Assembly: GCF_964213995.1 (NCBI RefSeq)
Contig: NW_027590156.1
Span: forward strand, 558,001 to 622,000
Length of the DNA: 64,000 nt
Direction: 5' to 3'
DNA from: Mustelus asterias
Taxonomy: Eukaryota
Every line of letters starts with the position of its first letter. Position 1 is the stretch's first letter. The position numbers and the translations under genes are program-made. This document shows, piece after piece, positions 12,997 to 25,053 of the stretch. The notes beneath the pieces are model-generated. The model saw only the letters and a list, made by a program, of their open reading frames with translations. It was not told the DNA's origin and did no database searches.

Positions 12997-13270
12997 GGCA
13001 ACGCCGGCGACAATTAACCGCTTTCAAATCTGATTCCGATCCGAAGAAGAAGCCGCGCGCTTCCGTCAACAAACCACAACCGCAGCAATGCGCATGTGCG
13101 GTCCCAACCTCCTCAGCCCATTGCCCCGCCCCCACATCGCAGCCATCTTTGTTAGGGGCACATCGGCTCCGACACTTCACCTTGTCAAACGGAGCACGTC
13201 TGCCCCGCACAAAGATGGACGTCACTTAACCTCAGAGGTATTTACATCGCTTTTTTCGCCTCAAAAAACG
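12997..13270 (-). promoter_or_regulatory. CpG-rich promoter of the EMC4 copy
   Basis: High CpG density, NRF1-like TGCGCATGTGC near 13089, GC box CCCCGCCCC, YY1-like GCCATCTT. Confidence 0.55.
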
Positions 13271-13921
13271 TGTAACACAGTATAAAACGTCAATAAAACC
13301 TAAAGGACCTTGCCTCCTCAATCAGCAATCAAAATCATAAATATCTATTGTAATGGGTTTCTCCACAGATGCTGCCAGTCCAGCATTTTCAGTTTAAATT
13401 TCACAATTCCAACATCCGCAGTATTTTAATTTTATTTCCTTTCTATTCTGCCTCTAATGTAACTGGATATCATGAGTAAAGCTGCCACCAGGCTGATCCT
13501 TCAGTGTGGCACAGTCGTTAGCATTGCTGCCTCACAGCGTCAAGAACCTGGGTTTGATTCCCATCCTTGGATCATTGTCTGTGTAGAGTTTGCACGTTCT
13601 ATGTGGGTTTCTTCTGGGTGCTCCAGTTTCCTCCCATACGCCATCCTTTTCTTCACATGAGAATCCAGTATTTTGTCCTGAATGAATTTTGAGGCCCAAG
13701 TCAGAGCGAATAAGTAAAAGCAAAAAACTGTGGATGCTGGAATCTGAAACAAAAACAGGAAATGCTGGAAAATCCCAGCAGGTGTGACAGCATCTGTGGA
13801 GAGAGAATAGAGCCAAGAGAGCCAGCGAATAAATAACCCTATCAGGTACCAGATTCACATAGAATTCAGCAAGAAATTCTGCAAACGTCCTTCAAACTGA
13901 ACAGGAAACATTGCCATTCAA

Positions 13922-13993
13922 GTTTTAGCCTGGTTTCGGAACGGGGACCTTTCACATGCTAGGTAAACGTGATAACCACTACACTGCAGAAGC
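13922..13993 (-). pseudogene. tRNA-Val pseudogene
   Basis: GCTTCTGCAGTGTAGTGGTTATCACG...GAAAGGTCCCCGTTCCGAAACC; the anticodon and stems are mutated. Confidence 0.75.
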
Positions 13994-14204
13994 TGTTGAC
14001 AGCACAGGGCAGCCAATCGGCCTGTCGGCAATGTTCAACTCTGCTATGTTACTGCAGGTTCCAATAGTTAGACTGAGAGCCCATGCCACTTAATACAAGA
14101 AGACAACTTTTACTTTCAACCTGATGTCTCAACTTATATTGAACTTCAAAATTTAAAAGTGTCCGTCTGGCAAATGTCTAAAGGAGCAATTATTTCTGCT
14201 CAAT

Positions 14205-14485
14205 TATAGAATCCCTAAAGTGCAGAAAGAGGCCAGTCAGTCCATCGAGTCTGCACCGACAACAATCCCAACCAGATCCTATCCGCATAACCCTATATAT
14301 TTGCACTGCTAATCCCATGACACCAAGGGGCAATTCAGCATGGCCAATCCACCTAACCTGCACATTTGAGGAAACGTACACAGAGACGGGGACAATATGC
14401 AGATGCCACACAGATTTCCTTCCCAAGGCTGGAATCGAACCTGGGTCCCTGACACCATGAAGCAGCAGTGCTAACCACTGTGCCA
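14205..14485 (-). mobile_element. V-SINE (HE1-like)
   Basis: SINE head and CR1-derived tail on the minus strand. Confidence 0.8.
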
Positions 14486-14803
14486 AATTCATCATTCTCA
14501 GTCTATATTACTCGGTATTTGTTTCGTTATTCAACATTTAATATCAATACATTTATTTAACATAGATGTCATCATTCTGAATTGCATATCTCTGAACTAT
14601 ATCACATTGAATTGCAAATGTGACTGACCAACAATACAGATCGAGTCACTGGGTAACACACATCCCATGGTGCTTATTTGAGATTGAGTCAGTCTTTAAA
14701 CAAAATCAAATATCTTTAATGGAAAGAGATTTAGAAATGATCAGTTAGTTATACTTGATCCTTCTTTATTCTGGGTGTGAAACATTCTGGCACTTAAATC
14801 CCA

Positions 14804-15145
14804 CGGGCGGCACGGTAGCACAGTGGTGAGCACTGCTGCTTCACAGCTCCAGGGTCCCGGGTTCAATTCCTGGCTCGGGTCACTGTCTGTGTGGAGTTTG
14901 CACATTCTCCTCGTGTCTGCGTGGGTTTCCTCCGGGTGCTCCGGTTTCCTCCCACAGTCCAAAGATGTGTGGGTTAGGTTGATTGGCCAGGTTAAAAATT
15001 GCCCCTTAGAGTCCTGGGATGCGTAGGTTAGAGGGATTAGCGGGTAAATATGTGGGGGTAGGGCCTGGGTGGGATTGTGGTCAGTGCAGACTCGATGGGC
15101 CGAATGGCCTCCTTCTGCACTGTAGGGTTTCTATGAATTCTATGA
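14804..15145 (+). mobile_element. Full-length HE1/V-SINE-like SINE
   Basis: GGGCGGCACGGTAGCACAGTGG tRNA-derived head with A/B boxes, central domain, CR1-like tail ending TTCTATG. Confidence 0.9.
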
Positions 15146-15682
15146 ATTTATCTATAGGAGAGTCCAGCAGATCCGCACTGATTCTCGATTTCCTCACCTG
15201 CCAAGTGTTTTTTTCTATTTCTCTATTGTGAAGACCGATTTTTTTAAAAAGATTGTTCTGCGCAATGTGCGTCATTTCCTCTAGTTCAGTTACAGTATCA
15301 CCTTTGAGTCTGTCTTTATGAGCACACAATACTATTAGACATGTTTCAGGTGGTAATTAACTATGTTAGTCTGCACCTACAAATTCTGTTGTGGACTGAA
15401 CAAATTGCTAATATGTGCACGGTGTCAAAATGCAAACATTTATTTCCTTGTTGCGTTTTAAAATATCGCATTCCTGATTTTCCTGAAAGCATTTGTACTG
15501 AGATCAGAGCAAAGATAATAGCTGGAATTTTACCGTTGGCCTCGGGTGGGATTTTATGAGCCTCGCGAGAGCGATGCTGTAAAATACTGGTCAATGTCTG
15601 TAACATCGAGATTTGGATAATGTTCAGCAAATAACTGAAATCATGCAGACTTCCCTCACCCTAACGGGTAAAGTTTCATTAA

Positions 15683-15747
15683 TGTTTCTGCCCGGTTTTG
15701 AACCTTCGTGTGTTAGGCAAATGGGATAATCACAACATTACAAAAAC
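15683..15747 (-). pseudogene. tRNA-Val(AAC) pseudogene with internal deletion
   Basis: Degenerate Val body; shares about 100 bp of flank with the 13922-13993 copy. Confidence 0.65.
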
Positions 15748-15855
15748 TGCCAACAGCGCCAGGCCTACAATCGACCTGTCTGCAATGTTCAGCTTTGCTG
15801 TGTTGCTGCTGGTTTTCATGGCGAGACTAAGAGCCCATGTCACTTCAGATGTGAC

Positions 15856-15898
15856 AGAGCTCTGACGAAGGGTCATCTCGACTTGAAACATTGGCTCT
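15856..15898 (+). ncRNA. Hammerhead ribozyme-like motif in a PLE terminal repeat
   Basis: AGAGCU-CUGACGA-A-GGGUC-AUCUC-GACUU-GAAAC-AUU-GGCUCU. Confidence 0.55.
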
Positions 15899-16059
15899 AT
15901 TCTCTCCCCACAGGGCTGTCAGATCTGCTGAGATTTTCCAGCATTTTCTGTTTTTGTTTCAGATTACAGCATCAACAATATTTTGCTTTTAAAATAAATG
16001 GAAATTGGTGAAATGGGTGAAGGTGAAGGGGAGAGTTCATGCTCGTGAATTGTCAGAGA

Positions 16060-17400
16060 TGGACCTTCACATGGTCCATCTCTGAGACTTCTCTTCCCCC
16101 TCCTTGACATTTCTGACTCCATTTCTGGTAGTCATGATGTGGAGATGCCGGCGTTGGACTGGCGTAGGTACAGTAAGAAGTCTCACAACACCAGGTTAAG
16201 GTCTGAGTGACTCACCTGATGAAGGAGCAGTGCCCCGAAAGCTCGTGATACCAAATAAACCTGTTGGACTTTAACCTGGTGTTCTGAGACTCTTTACTGT
16301 GTCAATTTCTGGTGATAATATCACTGGTATCTATTACAAGCACACCGACACCTACAACTACCTTGACTACAGTTCTTCACACCCCATATCCTGAAAGGAC
16401 TCCATCTCATTCTCTCAGTTCCTTCACCTCCGCCACATCTGTCCTGATAATGCCATTTTCCAAAATAGTGTTGCCCATGTCTTTCTTTTGCCAATTGTGG
16501 TTTTTCACCTACTGTGGTTGACAGGACACTTGACCATGACCAACCCATTCCCCAGGCCACTGCTGTCACCCCCTCCTCTCCCTCCCAGAACCAGAATAGG
16601 CTTCCCTGTGTCCTCACTTTTCACCCCACCAGCCTCCGCATTCAAAGGATCATCCTCTGCCATTTCTGCCAACTCCAGCATGATGCCACTACTCATCACA
16701 CCTTCCCCTTCTCCCCCCCCCCCCCCCCCCCCCCGCCACCTCCACCCTCCTCAGCAAGAACTCACAAGGACCGTTCTCTCTGGGACACCCTGGTCCATTC
16801 CTCCATTACACCCACCATCTCACCCCCTGTCCATGGAGCCTTCCCATCTTCCCATGCAATCGTTGAAGGTGCAACACCTACCCTTTTACCTCCTCCCTGC
16901 TCACTGTCCCAGGTCCCAAACACCATTTCAGGTGAAGCAGCGTTTCACAGACATCTCCTTCAATCTGGTCTATTGCATTCGCTGCTCCCAATGTGGTCGA
17001 CTCCACACTGGAGAGACCAAATGCAGACTGGTTGTCTGTTTTGCTGAACACCATCCACAAGCAAAACCCAGACCTTCCTGTCAGTTCAACACACCACCCT
17101 ACTCTCCTGTCCACATGTCGGTCCTTGCAATGTTCTAGTGAACCCCGATGCAAACTGGTGGAACAGCACCTCATCTTCCAATTGGACACTTTACAGCCTG
17201 AACATTTACAGGACTGAACATTGAATTCAACATTCACAGCGTGAACTCTCCCCTCCACCTACACTCCATTTCCATTTATTTCATTTAATTCTGTTTCTTC
17301 TTTTTGTCTGATTCATCCATTTTATCATCCTTCTTTCTCACTTCCATGTTTCCAGTTCTCCATTCTTGCTTTCTGCCTTGTCCACCCCCACCCCCCATTC
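16060..17400 (+). mobile_element. Degraded Penelope-like element (RT C-terminus and GIY-YIG endonuclease)
   Basis: YYKHTDTYNYLDYSSSHP and FNLVYCIRCSQCGRLHTGETKCRL; many frameshifts; a palindromic insertion sits at about 16135-16304. Confidence 0.8.
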
Positions 17401-17907
17401 AGGGCAACTGTTTCTGCCTTGTCCACCCCCACCCCCCATTCAGGGCAACTGTTTCTGCCTTGTCCACCCCCTAACCACTCCCCCTCCCCCCACCCACCCA
17501 CATTCAGGACAACTGCCTTAAACATCTGTACCACTGTTCTGCCATTCACATATTCTGATCACTTCATGGACACTTTTAACACCTCTCTCAGCTCTCTTCA
17601 TACATAAAAGCAAATTATTGCAGATGCTGGAATCTGAAACCAAAAGAGAAAATGCTAGAAAATAAATCTCAGCAGGTCTGGCAGCATCTGTGAGGGGAGA
17701 AAACAGCTGACGTTTCGAGTCCAGATGACCCTTTGTCAAAGCTGGCAATGTAGCCTTCTTCATCCTCATTCATCCTCTCTCCCCCGTCTGTTAGACATGC
17801 GCACGCTCCACTTTCTGGTGAACACACACTGACTCTCTGCTTCAAGCTTTACTCTTTGTACCAATTCACACTCTGACTCCTTTTACAATTACTCATTGTT
17901 CCCAATA

Positions 17908-20052
17908 GGCTCCATTCCCTCTGACTCCATCCCCCTGAACTCACTGAGCATCCCCCCAGGGCTCCTGTCCCCCTGCTCCATTCCCTCTGACTCCATCCCC
18001 CTGAACTCAGAGCATCACCCCAGGGATCCTCCCTCCCTGCTCCATTCCCTCTGACTCCATCCCCCTGAACTCACTGAGCATCACCCCAGGGATCCTCTCT
18101 CCCTGCTCCATTCCCTCTGACTCCATCCCCCTGAACTCACTGAGCATCACCCCAGGGACCCTCTCTCCCTGCTCCATTCCCTCTGACTCCATCCCCCTGA
18201 ACTCACTGAGCATCACCCCAGGGACCCTCTCTCCCTGCTCCATTCCCTCTGATTCCATCCCCCTGAACTCACTGAGCATCACCCCAGGGATCCTCTCTCC
18301 CTGCTCCATTCCCTCTGACTCCATCCCCCTGAACTCACTGAGCATCACCCCAGGGACCCTCTCTCCCTGCTCCATTCCCTCTGACTCCATCCCCCTGAAC
18401 TCACTGAGCATCCCCCCAGGGCTCCTGTCCCCCTGCTCCATTCCCTCTGACTCCATCCCCCTGAACTCAGAGCATCACCCCAGGGATCCTCCCTCCCTGC
18501 TCCATTCCCTCTGACTCCATCCCCCTGAACTCACTGAGCATCACCCCAGGGATCCTCCCTCCCTGCTCCATTCCCTCTGACTCCATCCCCCTGAACTCAC
18601 TGAGCATCACCCCAGGGCTCCTGTCTCCCTGCTCCATTCCCTCTGACTCCATCCCCCTGAACTCACTGAACATCACCCCATGGACCCTCTCTCCCTGCTC
18701 CATTCCCTCTGACTCCATCCCCCTGAACTCACTGAACATCACCCCATGGACCCTCTCTCCCTGCTCCATTCCCTCTGACTCCATCCCCCTGAACTCACTG
18801 AACATCACCCCATGGACCCTCTCTCCCTGCTCCATTCCCTCTGACTCCATCCCCCTGAACTCACTGAGCATCACCCCAGGGATCCTTCCCCCCTGCTCCA
18901 ATCCCTCTGACTCCATCCCCTTGAACTCACTGAGCATCACCCCATGGACCCTCTCTCCCTGCTCCATTCCCTCTGACTCCATCCCCCTGAACTCACTGAG
19001 CATCACCCCAGGGATCCTTCCCCCCTGCTCCATTCCCTCTGACTCCATCCCCCTGAACTCACTGAGCATCACCCCATGGATCCTCTCTCCCTGCTCCATT
19101 CCCTCTGACTCCATCCCCCTGAACTCACTGAGCATCACCCCAGGGATCCTTCCCCCCTGCTCCAATCCCTCTGACTCCATCCCCTTGAACTCACTGAGCA
19201 TCACCCCATGGACCCTCTCTCCCTGCTCCATTCCCTCTGACTCCATCCCCCTGAACTCACTGAGCATCACCCCAGGGATCCTTCCCCCCTGCTCCATTCC
19301 CTCTGACTCCATCCCCCTGAACTCACTGAGCATCACCCCAGGGATCCTTCCCCCCTGCTCCATCCCCCTGAACATCACCCCAGGGATCCTCCCTCCCTGC
19401 TCCATTCCCTCTGACTCCATCCCCCTGAACTCACTGAACATCACCCCAGGGATCCTCTCTCCCTGCTCCATTCCCTCTGACTCCATCCCCCTGAACTCAG
19501 AGCATCACCCCAGGGATCCTCCCTCCCTGCTCCATTCCCTCTGACTCCATCCCCCTGAACTCACTGAGCATCACCCCAGGGATCCTTCCCCCCTGCTCCA
19601 TCCCCCTGAACATCATCCCAGGGACCCTCTCTCCCTGCTCCATCCCCCTGACTCCATCCCCCCAGGGATCCTCCCTCCCTGCTCCATTCCCTCTGACTCC
19701 ATCCCCCTGAACTCACTGAGCATCACCCCAGGGATCCTTCCTCCCTGCTCCATTCCCTCTGACTCCATCCCCCTGAACTCACTGAGCATCACCCCAGGGA
19801 TCCTCCCTCCCTGCTCCATTCCCTCTGACTCCATCCCCCTGAACTCACTGAGCATCACCCCAGGGATCCTCCCTCCCTACCCCATTCCCTCTGACTCCAT
19901 CCTCCTGAACTCACTGAGCATCACCCCAGAGATCCTCCCTCCCTGCTCCATTCCCTCTGACTCCATCCCCCTGAACTCACTGAACATCACCCCAGGGATC
20001 CTCTCTCCCTGCTCCATTCCCTCTGTGAGCATTCCCCTGAACTCACTGAACA
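17908..20052. repeat. 66-bp minisatellite, about 32 units, pyrimidine-rich on the + strand
   Basis: Unit GCTCCATTCCCTCTGACTCCATCCCCCTGAACTCACTGAGCATCACCCCAGGGATCCTCTCTCCCT; 22-aa periodic ORFs. Confidence 0.95.
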
Positions 20053-20904
20053 GAAGGAGTAATCCCAGATTAACTGTTGGGAATGGAGTCAGGGGATGTT
20101 CCAGGTTTGTGTATTTTTAGTTATCCTGGTGTCAGAACACACACACATCAATAAAACAGGGCATTCCTGCAAACACACTGCAGCTCCTCATGTCTGTTGT
20201 ATAATTGTCCCAGGCTCCTGTGAATTCCTTCAACTAGTATGTAATGTAGACTTGAATTGATTTATTTTAAAACAGTTTATTTTAAACATATTAACACCGG
20301 TCTGAAAGTTGTAGACTCAGGACTGTCACACAAATGCTCTCAATCTGATGGTGTGGTGGTATTGTCACTGGGCTAGTAACCCAGAGTCCGAGGGTAATGC
20401 TCTGGGGAGCCAGCTTCCAATCACACCACAGCAAATGGTGAAATCTGAAGTCAATAAAAATCTGTAATTAAAGGTCTAGCGATGACCATGAAACCATTGC
20501 TGTTCAAACCCATTTGGTTCAGCGATATTCACTGATGCCCTTTAGGGAAGTAATTTATACGACTCCAGAATAAGGCCAGAGGATGCTGGAAAATCTCAGC
20601 AGGTCTGGCAGCATCTGTAAGTCTTTCATGTGACTCCAGGTCCACACGATGTGGTTGACTCTGGAATGGTCCAGCAAGCAAGCCACTCAGTCCAAGGGCA
20701 GTTAGGGATAGACCACAAGCAATGAATTAAAAATAATCTTCACAAAATGTTGACCAGTCATTTTCAGTCTGGAAATTTAAACCTGCTGTTTCAGGAACAG
20801 ATCCCAGATTTAAACCAATCTTTGATTTAACAGCACACTGCCAGCATTCACCGCTGTTCTTCCCAACTCGAAACACAGTTGTAAAGGAATCTTTGTTCCG
20901 TGTC

Positions 20905-21220
20905 TTAGAATCCTACAATGCAGAAGGCCATTCGGTCCATCGAATCTGCACTAACCACAATCCCACCCAGGCCCTATCCCCATAACGCCATGAATTTATC
21001 TTAGCTAGTGCCCCGACACTAAGGGGAATTTTATCATGGCCAATTCACCTAACCCTCACATCTTTGGACTGTGGGAGGAAACCGGAGCACCCGGAGGAAA
21101 CCCACGTAGACACGGGGAAAATGTGCAAACTCCACACAGACAGTGACCCAAGCTGGAAATTGAACCCGGGTTCCTGGCGCTGTGAGGCAGCATTCCAACC
21201 ACTGTGCCACAGTGCCGCCC
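20905..21220 (-). mobile_element. V-SINE (HE1-like)
   Basis: Near full-length reverse-complement SINE. Confidence 0.85.
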
Positions 21221-21387
21221 GTGTTGAGGAGCTCTGAACCATGGAAGAGAGTGGTTGGGATGCTTTTCTTACACACCTCAGGAATATCCCACACATTTTG
21301 TCTTGAATGTGATTAACAGCAGCAATAACTGCAGAATGCAGCTCCTGAAGACACATGAACTCATTGAGGTGTCAGTAGATGAGGTAG

Positions 21388-21570
21388 GCAGCACGGTGGC
21401 ACAGTGGTTAGCACTGCTGCCTCACAGCACCGGCGACCCGGGTTCAATTCCGACCTCAGGGGACTGTCTTTGTCGAATTTGTCCATTCTCCCATGTTTGC
21501 GTGGGTTTCCTTCGGGTGCTCCGGTTTCCCACAGTCCAAAGATGAGTAGGTCGGGTGGATTGACCATGGT
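21388..21570 (+). mobile_element. 3'-truncated V-SINE
   Basis: GCAGCACGGTGGCACAGTGGTTAGC head. Confidence 0.8.
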
Positions 21571-21903
21571 AAAGACAGTTTGTCCCGGTGGGCTTGTGGA
21601 AGGGAGCGAAGCAGCAGAAACAGCTGATCAGATTGTCTCAAGCTTAATGACAAAGAAGCTCCATGAACTCCTCGCTTGTTGCTGGAGGTGAGGATGGAGG
21701 AGACAAGGGTGAGGGAGAGACCTTCAGTAGGAATTGATCTATGTTCGAGATATTAAAAAGATTCAACACAAATCTGATTGATTTAACATTTATCTGGAAT
21801 ATTAACTCAGCTGAGATGGAGTTTATGAACATCAGCAGAAACAGAGCCCAATCAACATGCTTCATTTCTGGATGTAAATAATGGCAAAATCCAATCACGG
21901 TCG

Positions 21904-23166
21904 TCATTTATGAACTCGCTGGTGTGTCAGCAGATTGGATGAAGAAGCAAATCCCTTCCCACAGACAGAGCAGGTGAATGGCTTCTCCCCAGTGTGAGTG
22001 CGCCGGTGCACAGTGAGATGAGATAATTCTCTGAACCTAGTCCCACAGTCAGAGCACCTGAACGGTCTCTCCCCAGTGTGAACACGTTGATGACGTACCA
22101 GTTCTCCTGAACTTTTATAGCATTTCCCACAGTCTGGGCATTTAAATGGTCGCTCCTCAGTGTGAGTGCGCTGGTGTGAAGTGAGGGCAGATGATGTCTT
22201 GAACCCAGTCTCACAGTGAGAACACCTGAACGGTCTCTCATCAGTGTGAACACGTTGATGGCGCATCAGTTCCCCAGAACTTTTATAGCTCTTCCCACAG
22301 TCTGGACATTTAAATGGTCTCTCAGTCGTGTGAACTTGCTGGTGTTTCAGCAGGGTCGATAACTGAGTGAATCGTCTTCCACACTTGGAGCAGATGTAAG
22401 GTTTCTCGTGAGTGTGAACTCGCTGGTGTCTCTGCAGAGTACATGAATGAGCGAATCCCTTCCCACACTGAGAGCAGGTGAATGGCCTCTCCCCAGTGTG
22501 AGTGCGCTGGTGTACAGACAGGTTACTCAATTGCCTGAATGCAGTGCCACACTGAGAGCATCTGAAAGGTCTCACATTAGTGTGAGTGCGCTGGTGTTTA
22601 GTTAGGGCAGAGGATGTCTTGAACCCACTCCCACAGTCAGAGCACCTGAATGGTCTCGCATCAGTGTGAACACGTTGATGGGACAAAAGTTCCCCAGAAC
22701 TTTTATAGCACTTCCCACAGTCTGAGCATTTAAAAGGTTTCTCTTCAGTGTGAACTCGCTGGTGCATCAGCAGGTTAGATGACCTTGAGAATCTCTTCCC
22801 ACACTCGGAGCAGATGAATGGCTTCTCCCCGGTGTGAACTCGTTGGCGTTTCTTTGCACACTCAGAGGAGGTCATTGGCCTCTCCCCACTGTGAACTCGC
22901 TGGTGTCTCAGCAAGTTGGTTGACTGAGTGAATCCCTTCCCACAGTCAGAGCAGGTGAATGGCTTCTCCCCAGTGTGACAGCGGCAATGCTTTTCAAGGT
23001 GAGATGGGGATCTGAATCCCTTCCCACAATCCTCACATTTCCACGGTTTCTTCCTGGTGTGACTGCGCTTGTGTCTCAACAGGTCAGATGATTGGTTGAA
23101 GCCTCGTCCACACACAGAACACACGTACGGTTTCTCTCCACTGTGAATGGTGCTTTTTCCTTCCAT
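21904..23166 (-). CDS. C2H2 zinc-finger protein (about 14 fingers, single coding exon, no recognisable effector domain)
   Basis: Uninterrupted 420-aa ORF from the ATG at 23166 with tandem C2H2 fingers and TGEKP linkers; one finger is internally deleted in frame. Confidence 0.85.
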   Translation of the reverse strand: MEGKSTIHSGEKPYVCSVCGRGFNQSSDLLRHKRSHTRKKPWKCEDCGKGFRSPSHLEKHCRCHTGEKPFTCSDCGKGFTQSTNLLRHQRVHSGERPMTSSECAKKRQRVHTGEKPFICSECGKRFSRSSNLLMHQRVHTEEKPFKCSDCGKCYKSSGELLSHQRVHTDARPFRCSDCGSGFKTSSALTKHQRTHTNVRPFRCSQCGTAFRQLSNLSVHQRTHTGERPFTCSQCGKGFAHSCTLQRHQRVHTHEKPYICSKCGRRFTQLSTLLKHQQVHTTERPFKCPDCGKSYKSSGELMRHQRVHTDERPFRCSHCETGFKTSSALTSHQRTHTEERPFKCPDCGKCYKSSGELVRHQRVHTGERPFRCSDCGTRFRELSHLTVHRRTHTGEKPFTCSVCGKGFASSSNLLTHQRVHK

Positions 23167-23834
23167 GTTCAAAATCCGATGATATTCACGTTGTGATAAG
23201 TTGTGCGACTGTCAGATCCGGGTGTGATGTATGGTTTGAATTTCCTGACTGCAAGTCCTCCTAAAACCTGTGAAATTGATTTAAAACAGAAACAAGGGAG
23301 TGAGAGATAACCACAAAAACACAAAGGCAGGTTGTGAAATTGAGCTGAATAAATCTGGTAATTTATGGGGACAGCATGAAGGAAAAAGTGACCATGAAAG
23401 CTGCTGGATTTTTGTAAAAACGCAACCGGTACATTAATGTCCTTCAGGGAAAGGAACCTGCCACTCAGTCTGGGTCTGCACAAAACACTGACCTTTAAAT
23501 GAGGGAGTGGCACGGTGGCACTGCTGCCTCACAGCAGCAGGGACATGGATTCGATTCCCGGCGTGGGTCACTGTCAGCGTGGAGTTTGTACATTTTCCTC
23601 CTAGACATCTGTATGGGTTTCCTCCGGGTGCTCCTGTTTCCTCCCACAGGTTAGGTGGATTGACCATGTTAAATTGCCCCTTCGTGTCAGGGGGACTAGC
23701 TAGGGTAACTGCATGGGGTTAAGGGGATGGGGCCTGGGTGGGATTGTGGTCGGTGCAGACTCGATGGGCCGAATGGCCTCTTTCTGCGCTGTTGGGATTC
23801 TGTGAAAATCACAACATTCTCTCCTCCTGCTGAC

Positions 23835-24200
23835 AGGGAGCACCGCGCATGCGCATTACTGCGCATCGCCCCAGGAAAGATGGCGGCCGTTTATCCATGC
23901 TTGTCTCTGCAGAAGTAGAATGGCTCTGGACAAACCCGGGACTGGCCCAGGACCTTCGTGTTTGAGGTTTGAATTCACGAAGTGTTCATGAAACCTTACC
24001 GCCCTCCCTTTGCGCCCATCGCTCCCTCAGACACGCCGCTTCCTTACCCGCCACGGAGACAAGAAACAACAACTTCAACTCCACAACACTCCCTCTGCGC
24101 ATGCTCAGAACACGGTCACTACTGCGCCTGCGCGGTCGTGATTGCCTGGATCGGAGGCATTCCTCGTCGCTTGGGACGCTGGGTAAACGCCCTGCCATTG
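23835..24200 (-). promoter_or_regulatory. CpG-rich promoter / non-coding first exon, probably of the 21904-23166 ZNF gene
   Basis: NRF1-type GCGCATGCGC near 23844 and related motifs near 24096 and 24124; YY1 motif AAGATGGCGGC near 23877; minus-strand donors GTAAGG near 23994 and 24042. Confidence 0.55.
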
Positions 24201-24754
24201 AATAGAACAAATGGTTTGTCGTGATTTCTTTGTTGTTATCGCGTGCAAGCTGGGGCTGAAGGGCCAATAATAAAACTAGGATACATATCATATAGAGACC
24301 TGATTGCACAGACCATTATCTCAATTCAGAGAAGGAAATTGGAATTGTTCAGAAATCGAAAGTCACCTGAAGGTAGAAATAAGAACAGAAACCCTCTCCT
24401 ACAGTCATATGTGAATTCACTGGTATCTCAGTAGCACATGAATATCAGGAATACTGCAATTAATTATGAAGATGTACAATGTGAACGGTGACTGTTAGAT
24501 AAAGTGCAATGTTCTAACACATTGGAGCAGCTATGGTCAATGCGAGGGGAATATTGGATCACAGTGCCACAACAACATTATGCTCTGTCTCCTTGTAGCC
24601 TGTCTCAGAATTTCCTTCAATAACTAGGCCATTAGTGTGACAGGATTTAGCATCTATGATCTGCCAAAATTACAAGAGGAAAGTTAGTGACTGCAATTAT
24701 CCCAGAATTAAATTATATATTGCATACTATCTCCAAATGGGGCTCATAACACAA

Positions 24755-25053
24755 TTTATTTTATTTATTAGTGTCACAACTGGGCTTACATTAACACTGC
24801 AATGAAATTCCTGTGAAAATCCCCTCATCGCCACACTCCAGCATCTGTTCAGGTACGCTGAGGGAGAATTTAGCATGGCCAATGCACCCAACCAGCACGT
24901 CTTTGGACTGTGGCAGGAAACCAGAGCACCAAGAAGGAAAACACACACAGACACTGGCAGAACAGGCATATTCTGCAAAGACAGTGCCCCAAGCCAGGAA
25001 TCAAACCTGGGTCACTGGCGCTGTGAGGCAGTAGTGCTAACCACTGTGCTGCC
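24755..25053 (-). mobile_element. SINE of a second tail type (also at about 31165-31422, 49740-49940 and 56700-56998)
   Basis: Same tRNA-derived head; the tail reads ...TTGCAGTGTTAATGTAAGCC...GTGACACTAATAAA on the minus strand. Confidence 0.75.

Noticed and set aside
14804-14885. tRNA genes at SINE heads
   Set aside because: They continue into the SINE body and tail and recur many times, so they are tRNA-derived SINE promoters.
18007-19858. Repetitive proteins (MESEGMEQG... repeats)
   Set aside because: The ORFs are a by-product of a 66-bp unit; they are broken by 2-bp deletions and show no gene structure.
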